From Selaginella moellendorffii (Eukaryota; Plantae; Lycopodiophyta), in the NCBI RefSeq assembly GCF_000143415.4, contig NW_003314262.1, forward strand, positions 3,854,021-3,918,020: DNA of 64,000 nt, in the 5' to 3' direction. The notes under the pieces were generated by a model. That model ran no database searches. It was not told where the DNA came from and worked only from the letters and a program-made list of their open reading frames with translations. Position numbers and translations under genes: made by a program. This document shows, one piece after another, positions 50,627-62,315 of the stretch (position 1 is the first letter of the stretch; each line of letters starts with the position of its first letter).

Positions 50627-51500
50627 GCTCTCAAACTGCAATCAATTCAGAACAAGAACAGTCTTAATTCTTGAGGTTGTGACAGGGCAACGAAAGCCAA
50701 GTGAGCTGCGGGCTGCAAAGTCGATTCCACAGCGAGTCCCTCAACCTCTCTGCCCAGCATTTTTCCTGCATTATTTATTTTTGTATAGGCATGTTTAATA
50801 GCCTGCTTGCTTGCTTGCATTCTTTCTTTTCGACTTACTGATAGTTTGTTTGCGCTTGAAATTGCATGGCTGTGTGCTTTTGTCGAGATAGACTTTTGAT
50901 GAAATACAACCTCTCTTTTGGCTTGGAGTTCGAGAGCACGGCTTTTTCGCGTTTGTTTCCAACGCCTGTGGCTACAAAGGATAAAGGTTTCCACATTTTC
51001 ACACCTCTGCTTCAGAAACACAGCTTTGTGGACACCTTTGTTTTTGGCATTGGTCCCAGTAAATTGTTCTTGTGCTTCCTGGCAGATGATAAGGAGCTTG
51101 AGAGATTGACACCTCTGAGGCAAACATCATCCACCCAGAGGCAAGCTTGAACACGTCCTCAACAATGGCATGGTTAACATGCTTTGTAAAGATTATGGTT
51201 TTGTTTACCTGCGCCATCTTGCTGGGCCTCTCGACGATCTAGTTAATCTGTGTCCAGAAGGCACGTCATTAAAATGTTAAACCGAATTCAAAGCACCATT
51301 CGGAAATCAACTTTGACTATGGGTTGACCGGGCAAGCAAGACTTTGTCCCAATTGTTTTGCACGAGGGAAAAGGTGGCTGAAGCAGTGGTGAAGGTGCAA
51401 ATTCCAACTTCATCACGTCACTTTTGCAAATGTGCCACTTGGGCTATGTTGAGATGGTTGTTATTATTTTGCTAAGTTTCTATATGAAACCATGAACTAT

Positions 51501-52151
51501 TTAGGAGGAGCCAGAGAACGTCGCCTTGAGCTGCCGGACCGCATTCTCATCAATAAAGAACGTCTTGACGAGCACCTCGTCCAGGATGTCCGATCCAAAC
51601 ATGGAGCTTGCAATGAGCTGGATGCCCGGTGACTGCGAATCCAGCGTCACCACGGCCATGGCGGTGGTGTTGCCAACGTTGAGCTGCCAGTGGATCAAAC
51701 CCCGCGGGAAGATCATCACGTCGCCTTTGGAGATGACCCGAGCAAAGAGCTGGTTCTGGGTGGTGACGAATCCGGCGTACAAGCTCCCTTCCACGACGTA
51801 GATGATCTCTGAGCCTCGCGGGTGCGTGTGTGGAGGGATGAGACCGCCGGGAGCAAAGTCGAGCCTGGCTATGGCGAGGCCGAGAGTGTTGAGCCCCGGA
51901 TAATCGTTGATGAAGCCAAATGTCGCCACGGCTCTCGATGGGACGCTGGTGTTTCCGGAGTTTCGAAGGCCCGAGAAGATGAAATCCTCGGTGGTGGTGT
52001 TGGCTGCTCGCTTGCAAGGGTAGCCATTGAGAGTGAGGTCCTTTGCGAGGTCGGCCACGCAAAAATCCTGGAGGGGATCGGGGTCGGAAGCTGTGATCAC
52101 CTGGAAGATTGGTGCCGCAATGACGAGAAGTTGGAGGAGTGTGAACATCAT
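51501..52151 (-). CDS. Germin-like protein (cupin), intronless, 216 aa
   Basis: Signal peptide, DPDPLQDFCVAD, GLNTLG..PPHTHPRGSE, FPRGLIHWQ. Confidence 0.95.
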   Translation of the reverse strand: MMFTLLQLLVIAAPIFQVITASDPDPLQDFCVADLAKDLTLNGYPCKRAANTTTEDFIFSGLRNSGNTSVPSRAVATFGFINDYPGLNTLGLAIARLDFAPGGLIPPHTHPRGSEIIYVVEGSLYAGFVTTQNQLFARVISKGDVMIFPRGLIHWQLNVGNTTAMAVVTLDSQSPGIQLIASSMFGSDILDEVLVKTFFIDENAVRQLKATFSGSS

Positions 52152-52775
52152 CGTGTTTTTGAACTTGAGGAAACAAACGATCCTGAGAAGAATTAAAAGA
52201 AGAGTGGATCTCTTTTTTGAGAAGTACCTTGAGTTGTGAGATGGTATTTAAAGGATGGAAAGGCGTGGGTGGCAAGACAATGTGGAGGTTCCACGAAGGA
52301 GAAGTTGCGATAATCTGTGTTGACAATGTGGAAGGTCCTGTTTGACACGCCATGTTTTAGAGATGTTTTAGATCCACAAGTTCCTGCTTTCATGGATGCA
52401 TTCTTTTTTGAAATAATCTTTGTACACGTCAGCCTGCTTATATCTTGACCTAGTGAGTTCTTTAAGGGTTAAAATATGATAACAATCTGGGTATATTTTA
52501 ATTTCATTTTTATACCCTAAAATTACATTGCGAGGCATAGACTACGTTCATTCCCTTCATTCGGCAATCGTTTTTATCGTCTCAGCAATCCCCCGGCCTC
52601 TAATTTCCCATCCGGATCGTTCTATGCTAGAGTGTGGAAAGTATAACAAAAGACAGCTTCAAATCGGAGAATCTTAAAGAAATCAATAGTGTATTAAAAA
52701 ATGATATATAAAATGCGCTATATAAGGTCAATAGGAAGACCGTACAGGATTTATTTTTACTTTCAAGTGAACTAT

Positions 52776-53417
52776 TTAGGAAAATGTAGCCTTGAGCTGC
52801 CGAACTGCATTCTCATCAATAAAGAAGGTCTTGACGAGCACCTCGTCCAGGATGTCCGATCCAAACATGGAGCTTGCGATGATCTGGAAGCCCGGTGACT
52901 GCGAATCCAGCGTCACGATGGCCATGGCGGTGGTGTTACCAACGTTGAGCTGCCAGTGGATCAAACCCCGCGGGAAGATCATCACGTCGCCTTTGGAGAT
53001 GACCCGAGCAAAGAGCTGGTTCTGGGTGGTGACGAATCCGGCGTACAAGCTCCCTTCCACGACGTAGATGATCTCTGAGCCTCGCGGGTGCGTGTGTGGA
53101 GGGATGAGACCGCCGGGAGCAAAGTCGAGCCTGCCTATGGCGAGGCCGAGAGTGTTGAGCCCCGGATAACTGTGGACGAAGCCAAACACCGCGTCGGCTC
53201 TCGATGGGCCGCTGGTGTTTGCGGAGTTTCGAAGGCCCGAGAAGATGAAATCCTCGGTGGTGGTGTTGGCTGCTCGCTTGCAAGGGTAACCATTGAGGGT
53301 GAGGTCCTTTGCGAGGTCGGCCACACAAAAGTCCTGGAGGGGATCGGCGTCGGAGGCTGTGATCACCTGGAAGATTGGTGCCGCGATGACGAGAAATTGG
53401 AGGAGTGTGATCATCAT
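52776..53417 (-). CDS. Germin-like protein (cupin), tandem paralog, 213 aa
   Basis: Same germin boxes with metal-binding H, H, E, H intact. Confidence 0.95.
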   Translation of the reverse strand: MMITLLQFLVIAAPIFQVITASDADPLQDFCVADLAKDLTLNGYPCKRAANTTTEDFIFSGLRNSANTSGPSRADAVFGFVHSYPGLNTLGLAIGRLDFAPGGLIPPHTHPRGSEIIYVVEGSLYAGFVTTQNQLFARVISKGDVMIFPRGLIHWQLNVGNTTAMAIVTLDSQSPGFQIIASSMFGSDILDEVLVKTFFIDENAVRQLKATFS

Positions 53418-53879
53418 TGTGTTCTTGAGTGATCCCTGGAACTTGAGGAAACAAACGAGAGAGCAATGCTATGAATTAGAAGAGTGACCTCTTTCTTTGA
53501 TTGAGTTGTGAGATGGTTGTGAAAGTATTTAAAGGATGGAAAGGCCTGGAGAAGGTTCCATGAAACACAGCAGTTGCGATGGGATCCGTCACTCTGTGTT
53601 TGACAATGTGGTGCTCTGCCCACGTTTTATATATTACTTCTTGTATCCTTTGAAGTGGGCCACTACTTATTGAATAAATCTTTGCAGCGTTAGTTGACTC
53701 ACAATGTGTGTGATGTTTTTTTTAGTCTTAAAATCGGAAACAAAATTAGATATTCTAAAGAAAATCTGGAAGGTGCCAAAATTGGTAACAATCAATGCTG
53801 AGAAGGTTCAGATTCTGAAGTTAGTATGTTCTGTTGGTATTTTCTAAAGCCTCCACTGATCATGTTGGTATTATAACTC

Positions 53880-54110
53880 ATAGTGCTGGAAGTGGGGAGA
53901 ATTGTAGCATGGTTGAAAAGCAGCTACTTTGTCTGGCAAGGAACAGAACGGAGATTGTGGTTCTAGACGAAGCAATTGCCTCAATCGATGGTTTGGTGCC
54001 ACGGAGAGAATCACAAGAAAATATAAGCGAGCATTCAAGGGAGTACTGTGGCTCACAAGCTCTTTACCATCTTGCGAACACAGACTGCATTTTGGTTCTT
54101 CAAGACAGTA
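53880..54110 (+). pseudogene. ABCC transporter NBD2 C-terminal remnant
   Basis: GENCSMVEKQLLCLAR..IVVLDEAIASID..DCILVLQD is a decayed signature and Walker B. Confidence 0.75.
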
Positions 54111-54462
54111 CGAGTTTTCCATGATTTTCTCTTTTGTTTCTCTCAACTCGTTTCTTTTTCTTTCTCGTGATATACAGGAGAGATAGTCAAGTAGACATGC
54201 TCTCAAGTAACCTTCCTTGGCATTTGCCACTTTTTTTGCAAGTCCATCAAGACCTCCAGCATGATTAGATCTTGCTTATTAAACATGTCATACATAACTA
54301 TATACAGACAATTGTTTCAGAAAAAAAACAACATCCTGCTGTGCTAATGGTGAAATGAAACGAAAGTTCAAAAATATCACACCTTGAGAACTTTTACCTG
54401 TGGCCATTTTCACCGCACAAGATGCGACACATACAGTGGACACGAGCCGAGACCTCAATTTT

Positions 54463-54518
54463 GCCACGTATGGAAAGTCAAATTTGCCACGTTATACAAT
54501 CCCCACTCCGTATAAATA
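54463..54518 (+). promoter_or_regulatory. ELIP5 core promoter: two ABRE/G-box-like motifs plus TATAAATA
   Basis: GCCACGTA 54463, GCCACGTT 54486, TATA 54511. Confidence 0.65.
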
Positions 54519-54606
54519 CCTGTGTGTCATTTGCCATCAAACATCAAAGAAGTAGCTCATTGTTGCACTGTTGAATTTTTTTCTAGCTAGCTCCCAGCTC
54601 AAAACA

Positions 54607-55366
54607 ATGGCACTCGTCACAGGCAGCGGTATCGCAGCTCTCTCTTCTTCCTCGCTCATCTCCAACAAGATCCATGTCCAATCGCAATCATCCACAACCT
54701 CCATCGGGACAAGAAATCTAGTAGTAGTAAGAGCGTCCTCGAACAAATCAAGGGATGGTGGCGATGGCGGCATCAGTGGCGTTCTCGACGGCACCAAGAA
54801 GGAGATCACCCGCGAGGAGGTGCTCAAGAACCAGGCCGAGAACGAGTCGGAGAAGCGCTCCGTGTTTGGAGCCGTCCCATCGTCCGGATCCTTCTATCCC
54901 AGGCCAGAGGTCGAGAGGCGACCAGAGACTGGCGATCGATCGTTCCCCAGCTTGATGGCGTTCGATGGAGCCGGCCCGGAAACGATCAACGGAAGACTGG
55001 TAAGCGATTGGTGATTTTTCTTCGCGTTTTTTTCTAGATCAACCAAGTAAGTAACGTGAACTTGTCAAACAGGCAATGGTAGGATTGGTGTGGGCATTCG
55101 CGGTGGAGCGAATGACGGGACAAACGGTGGCGGAGCAGCTCTACTCGCCGGGGAGCACTGGTCTTTTCCATTTTCTGGCGGTGGCACAGCTATTCGCGTA
55201 CGCGTCGCTGGTGCCCATGTTTAAGGGCGAGAGCCCGGACAGCAGATCGCTTGGGCCATTTAGAGCCATGGCGGAGCGCTGGAATGGGCGAACCGCGATG
55301 CTTGGCTTCCTCGCCTTGGTGATCACCGAGTTTTTCACCAAGACTCCAGTGTTTCACATGATGTAA
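54607..55366 (+). CDS. ELIP: ELIP copy 5 (type A), exons 54607..54999 and 55073..55366
   Basis: Intact frame, splice sites and LHC motifs. Confidence 0.93.
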
Positions 55367-55564
55367 ATTTAATGGTTCCTAGTTTTAACTGTTCTAGATT
55401 TTCACTTCAGTCCATTGAAGCTATCATGTTTCTTTACAAAGATTGCTGCGTGAGAACGATGCTCTTTCGAATCGAAATTGACAAAGATTCTTGTCGCTAG
55501 AGTTCTCAAGCTCCAACGAAACACCATCCCCGAGATCCCCGCCCGCAAGAACCCTAAAAACTTG

Positions 55565-56587
55565 ATGGAGCCACACCCTGGCAGTGTGTTCAGTCTGGAG
55601 CAGCCGCTGGTCCAGGTAGAGCAAGGCAGGGTCAAGAAATTCGGTGGCGATGGCGCCCTCGTGAGCGAAGACGTGTCACATTTCCTCCTGGGTGAGCTTC
55701 TTTTCGTGGCTCCTCACGGCTTTGCTCTCCAACTTACTCACGCGATTCTCTCCAAAGCCCGGAGAGCTCATCGACGGAGAACCACGGAAGTACAAAGCCA
55801 AAGCCACCTCCGCTCACTGTGAGCAGGAGCTTAACTACGTGATCAAATGCTACACTTGCGATTTCAAGCTAGACAAGAGTCTTCCCAGCGCTGTTCTTGT
55901 GGTGGTGCAAGGCGGGCGGGACGAAACCAAGTGGCCGGACTGCATGTACCAGGCACTGAGCCAGGCGGGCATGGGGGCAGCGATCAGGAACTCGTCGGCA
56001 AACAGGCTCCACTTGGTTTCGATCTCTGTCATTGGGGCTGTGCAGAGATCCATCCTCTCGGCTACGTGATGGTCAAGCCTGGCAAGCCCGGAAACAAGAT
56101 CTCGAGCAGCAGCGTCAAGGAATTCAGACGTCAGCTTGAATCCAAAGGGACGATCAAAAGCGGTAGTGCCAAGCTCCTCTCGGAGAGCTTCCAGCGCTAT
56201 CTAGATAAGAAGAGCTTGTTGGTGGAGCTGGAGGAACAAGTGAGGCTGCGAACTGAGGAGGCGGCCAGGGCACTCAACGCCAGGCTCGTTTTTGACAAGA
56301 TTGTGCACAACGAGGAGATCGAACGCAGCTTCTCGCCTGTGACTGAGAAGATAAGACTGCTGCTCGTAGGAACGATTGTTTGTGACAGCACGGTCTACGA
56401 GAGCAGCATTCTGAGCTTCCCGGTGGCGCGCAAGGTAAGCGCCAATGACAAGCTTCTTGTTTCGGGTCTCCTCCGGATGTTTTTTGGCAACCGGGTGCTG
56501 CACTGGACGCTCCTCGGGATCCAGACACTGGTTGCCACACGCGACAAAGAGCTGGAAGAGAGAGTGGATGCTGTGCTAATGGCATAG
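55565..56587 (+). pseudogene. Frameshifted paralog of the 12551..13615 gene
   Basis: Deletion at ~55706 and a rearranged patch at ~56010-35 split it over three ORFs. Confidence 0.85.
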
Positions 56588-56692
56588 CCTTTGTTACTTT
56601 GACGTAGAGTTTCGTGCTGCCGAGAATCGATAGCCATGAACAATTGAACAACCATCACGACGAAAGGGTCGAAGTTTGAGATCTTGCTTAGA

Positions 56693-57400
56693 ACTAGGAG
56701 ACCATCATGTTCGCTGCAAGGACATAACCAGCAGCTCCTCTCGGATCCTTGTCAATGACATTCTTGGCAGCGAAATTCCCAAACCCAACGGTCTGTAGCT
56801 CCTACATGCCCCCAAGAGGCACTTCCAGTCCACAGTCTCGGGCTCGAAGGGCATGGCTTTGAGCAGCTCCTGGGCAGAATGCAAATGCCCCCCCAAGACA
56901 TCGATCATGCACGGAAAGTGGAGCTTCACGGGCTGTACATGGAAGTCCATCTCTATCGACACGAAGCAAGATCTTGCCGCGTAGACGCTGCCAACGTGGC
57001 TGCATGCCACGAGCGCACAGCCAAAGCATCCATCCACGGACACGTCCATGGCGTTCATGGAGTGGAAAATGTATAGTGCCTCGTCGGACCTGCCGTTGTG
57101 TGCGTAAGCTGCAAGCAGTGTGGTCCATGCAACCACGTCCCTTTCGGGCATACGCAGGACCCGCAACGACCAAAATGCCCATTAAGGGCAAATGCGGTCA
57201 TAAAAGCAGTCCACGTCACCAAATCATGATTTGTACCGTCTTCTACACAGCCATTTTCCGCAAACGCGCTGACCATTGCCGTTTTTATTTCAGTGCTCTC
57301 AATATGTACAAGTTGTTTTGCCTCGTCTAGGTGCCCCATTTGGGCGTATGCAGAAATTAATGCGCATAATGGTAGTGTTTTGCTCCGGCATAGTCTCAAA
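56693..57400 (-). pseudogene. PPR pseudogene 3' part, paralog of 13711..14460
   Basis: Co-linear sequence with different indels; truncated by the AT-rich block at ~57405. Confidence 0.88.
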
Positions 57401-57887
57401 AAGATTCTGGCTTAAGTATAAATATAAATATATAGGTTGGAAACTTAATAAAGGAAAAAAAATAAAATCCATTGATTCCATTTATTTCGAAATGTTTCGT
57501 TAAGAAAAGAATGAACATTCATTAGACTCTATTAAATGGAGTGGGCGAAGATTTTATTTTTCTTATATATGATGGATGATGGAACTATTGTTGTAATAGC
57601 CTATTGACTGCTTTCCATATTGAGTTTGGTGTTTCATTTTATTTGCATTTTTTAAAAAAGTGATACTTTTAAAAAATATAGCATTTTTAGTGTAGATGTT
57701 AATGAAAGTAAATGCCAAGATATTTTCATGTCTTTAATTCGTTTAGCTTTGTAATTTTTTTTTTATAAATTCATGATGCTCGGTAGAGAAACCTTTAGAT
57801 TATTTACTAATTGGTAAAAGGAAAAACTAATTGCACTATATTCTTTACATAAATATATATGTTTATAATTTATATATTTATATATAT

Positions 57888-57919
<32 letters not shown>

Positions 57920-60355
57920 TTTTATAATAAACAGAAAAAATGCAACTTATAAATAATTCACACAAATCCACTAAATCCATAAACAGCTGAATCAAGTCCA
58001 AGGGATTATAAGAAAATGATTCTTTAAACTTCTTATAATCATTAAATTTGAGGAGTCTAATTCTTATGTGTTCAAATAAATAAAGTGATAGTGGGCATTG
58101 GATCCCAGGCCTAGGCCAGGTTTGTTGATGTTTGGATGGCCAATCAATAACAGGCACACTGGCTAAAAGGGAAGAAGCTCATTACATGTTGTGGGTAAAA
58201 TCCATGGATTAGAGAAAACATGCATTGGTCCAAGAATCACATTGCACCTAGGACAAGAGAAATCTACCCACTGCCCTGGATCCATTCCCAATAATATGTA
58301 CTTTTAGCATTGTCAAGTGTGATGAAGGATGATTGTGTTGAGAATTGCATTGGGCTCATGCCACATAAAGTCTACAGTTGCCCACAATCATTTGGAATCA
58401 ACATTTCTATGGTTACTACATCACAACTTGATGCTTCTACCTTTGGAATTGACCAGCACTAAAATTACTCCAAAGTTTCCAGGATCAAGACCAAGAAAGT
58501 AAGTCAGGTGCTGACATTGAGCGTCATCTTTGTAGCATCATGGCACTACTTTCACAACAACACCTCAACAAAACAACTTGCAACTACTCTCCACCAAGCT
58601 CCTAGTGAGCTGCAATTAATTATCAGCCATGGTAGTGCTGTGGTGGTGCCAGATAAACTTATCACTTAGCTTAGAAAACATTAGGAAGGTCCCGTGCCGA
58701 AAGAGGTGCTGCAGTGACTCTAAAGATGTCTATATGTCTTGAACAAACAGGTTATGCCTTTGAAAAATACTTGATAGCTTGTAGTGCTAAGTTGAATTTG
58801 TCAACCTGGTTGGAGCTGTCATTTAATAAAAGAATCTAATCCGATCAACAGTGATAAAAATCACTTTTTGGATATACCAGAAAAGTGATGTTGTCCTTGT
58901 TGACAAAGCTTAGGCTCATATTTTAAAAGAAATCTCATGTGGCTTGCTCAAGCCTCTCTTCCATAGCAAATATCTCCTCCTGTCTCATACCAATCACTGT
59001 GTTACATTTAATCCTTTTGTATCTCAAAAAAATTGACAGAAAACATATTTTGACATTGGTGGGAAAAGGAATACATGTGCCTTCCTTATCAATTTATGGG
59101 CTTTTTTCTTGACCAATGGCTCAAGAAGAGGATTGAGTTGCTTCAATTGTGGAGATTTGCCTATTAAAAATAGTGAGCCAAAGTTATTGTTTGCCAGGAA
59201 GGAGTTGACATTGAGGAGGGGAAAGTACTAAAAGATTTCCTTCGTGAGTTCATAAATGTTTTTGCATGAGACTACTTGGAGCTGAAAGGCATTTCACCAA
59301 ACATTATTATAAAAGAATTGTTGCCAATTCAGCTAATAAGACTTGCACCTTCAATTTGATCAAGTTTATTATTGTGTTGCGCTCTGTGGGATGGATTCTC
59401 TTAGTTGTTCACAACCCTTGCTTCATTGGCATATCATCGACATCATTTGATGTGTAAGGAACATACTCAATGCTCCAAGATGACAATTGAGCCAAAAGGT
59501 GATGGTAGTTTCTTATGAAAAACTTGCAATCCAAAATGTTGAAACTGAACCTTCCCAATTAGCTGCTTGGAAAGAAGCAAAGAATCCAAGCGCATGTAAA
59601 GATGCTTGACACCAAACACAAAGCTTACTCAACTCCCAACAAAACAGCTCTATACTTGCACTCATTAGCTAAAGTTATTGTGATTGTTTGCAAAAATGAG
59701 TTAGCTTGCCATTATTGGATTTTTTCCCATCACAAAATAAGAAATGAGGACTAGAAAGTGCATTTGTTTTTTTTTTTGTCTTTGAGTTATGTTGTCCTTA
59801 ATCTTTCCAAACACAAGTAAATTGAGTGCATTGTGAAAGATGTCTTTGTTGGATGAAGCTAACTTAGAAGACTGATCTTGAGAAGTTAGAGCATATATAA
59901 CATCATTAGAAAGAGGGAATTCCTTTAGTAGAACTTGAATGTGTGATTACATAACATTCAACAATACTAAGAATCCCTTTGAAATGTGTATATGAATGAA
60001 GCTTTGCCAAATCCACACTAGATAACCAGCTCTCAATTGGATCCCAAAATCTCTTTTTAATCTTGTTTAATGTTTGAAAGTAGTCTTGAAATTTGTCTTT
60101 TTTTCTTTCTCATGATATAGGGGAGATAGTCCTGTTTGATGTGCCAGATGAGCTCTCGAGTCTTTCTAACGGCATTACATTAACACACTTATTCTGGAGA
60201 CAAAAGAGCATCCCCATGTACGAATTTGATTGGAAAACGAAATGAAAGTCCCAAAGTATCACACCTTGCATTCTCTAGAGAAGTTTCACCTTCTGCCATT
60301 TTCACCACAAAAGATGTGCCACACATACGGTGGACACGAGCAGGATCTAAATTTT

Positions 60356-60385
60356 GCCACGTACAGTCCCCATACCGTATAAATA
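60356..60385 (+). promoter_or_regulatory. ELIP6 core promoter: single ABRE plus TATAAATA
   Basis: GCCACGTA 60356-63, TATA 60378-85. Confidence 0.6.
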
Positions 60386-60481
60386 TCTGTGTGCCCTTTA
60401 TCTCAAACGTAAAAGAAAGTAGCTCATTGTAAATTCATTGCACAGTTGAATTTTTTGCTAGCTAACTTGCAGCTCAAAACA

Positions 60482-61241
60482 ATGGCACTCGTCTCAGGCA
60501 GCAGCATCGCAGCTCTCTCTTCTTCCTCGCTCATCTCCAACAAGCTCCATGTCCAATCACAATCGCCCACAAGCTTCATCAGTACAAGAAATCGAGTAGT
60601 AGTAAGAGCGTCCTCGAACAAAACAAGGGATGGTGGTGATGGCGGCATCAGTGGCGTTCTCGACGGCACCAAGAAGGAGATAACCCGCGACGAGGTGCTC
60701 AAGAACCAGGCCGAGAACGAGTCGGAGAAGCGCTCCGTGTTTGGAGCCGTCCCATCGTCCGGATCCTTCTATCCCAGGCCAGAGGTCGAGAGGCGACCAG
60801 AGACTGGCGATCGATCGTTCCCCAGCTTGATGGCGTTCGATGGAGCCGGCCCGGAAACGATCAACGGAAGACTGGTAAGCGATTGGTGATTTTTCTTCGT
60901 GTTTTTTTCTAGATCAACCAAGTAAGTAACGTGAACTTGTCAAACAGGCAATGGTTGGATTGGTGTGGGCATTCGCAGTGGAGCGAATGACGGGACAAAC
61001 GGTGGCGGAGCAGCTCTACTCGCCGGGGAGCACTGGTCTTTTCCATTTTCTGGCGGTGGCACAGCTTTTCGCGTACGCGTCGCTGGTGCCCATGTTTAAG
61101 GGCGAGAGCCCCGACAGTAGATCAATTGGGCCGTTTAGAGCCATGGCGGAGCGCTGGAACGGGCGAACAGCGATGCTTGGATTCCTCGCCCTGGTGGTCA
61201 CCGAGTTTTTCACCAAGACTCCAGTGTTCCACATGATGTAA
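60482..61241 (+). CDS. ELIP: ELIP copy 6 (type B), exons 60482..60874 and 60948..61241
   Basis: Intact frame, splice sites and LHC motifs. Confidence 0.93.
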
Positions 61242-62315
61242 ATTTTACTTAAAACGTAATTGCCATTCTTTGAAAGAATGCCAGAGCTTGATCCTGCCTG
61301 CTGGAATGTAATGCTCGCTGCTTATGCACTTCCACCATAGTGCCCAAGTCGGGCATCTTGAATATGCACAGGAACTGCTTGTGTACCTGTAGCGTATGCT
61401 CAAGCTGACTTGGCCGAGGAGAGAGACTCACCTGTGTTGCCGCACGAGCTCCTCTGCCACCATCCTGAGTGAGCTTGCCGTGCTTCATCTTAGCTGAACA
61501 GTTGCATCCTTTGGAACTTCCTTGTGCCTATAACCTCCCAACGATTGGTTTTATAAATATTGGCATGAGTTGACCCTTCAGCACCGACACAGTTTGACGT
61601 TTCTATTTACTCGGCTTGTGGCTCCTCAAAATTAATGTGACCTTGTGGCATTCAAGAACAACTATCCTGAGAATAACCAGTGGAGTTGTGATGGCATGGT
61701 GTTGATCGAGTTGATCAAAGTTTAAGCTATCTTTAAAATTTAGATAAGTATAAATATAAACATTTAAATAAAGGAAAAAAAAATAATATCCATTGATTCT
61801 TACCCATTTATTTCAAAAAGTATCGTTAAGAAAGAATGACTCTATTAAAAGGGGAAGATTTTTGCTTTTGCTTATATATAACTTGCTTTGAGTGATGGAT
61901 GATGGAACTATTATTGTAATAGCGTGTTGATTGCTTTCCATATTGAGTTCATTTTATTTTCTTTTTTGTTTTTTGTAAAGAAAATCAATGATGCCCAAGG
62001 AACTTGGTATACATTAATTCAGCTCCATATGTTTTTTTCATCTAGTGGGTTGAAAAAAAATAGAAAGTAGAAATATTATCATTCCCTACTTTTAAAAAAT
62101 ATGGCATTTTTAATGTAGATGTTAATGAAAGTACTTGCTAAGATATTTGTATGTCTTTAATTTGTTTAGCTTTGTAAGTTGTTTTTATAAATTCATGATG
62201 CTCACTAGGGGAAACCTTTAGATTATTTACTAATTGGTTAAAAGGAAAAAAAAAGTGCACTAACTCCTTTCCATAAATATATATATTTATAATAAATAGA
62301 AAAAAATACAACTTA

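Noticed and set aside
61249-61488. 79-aa ORF downstream of type-B ELIPs, faintly PPR-like
   Set aside because: Too decayed to assign, and the frame is not conserved in the paralogous copies.
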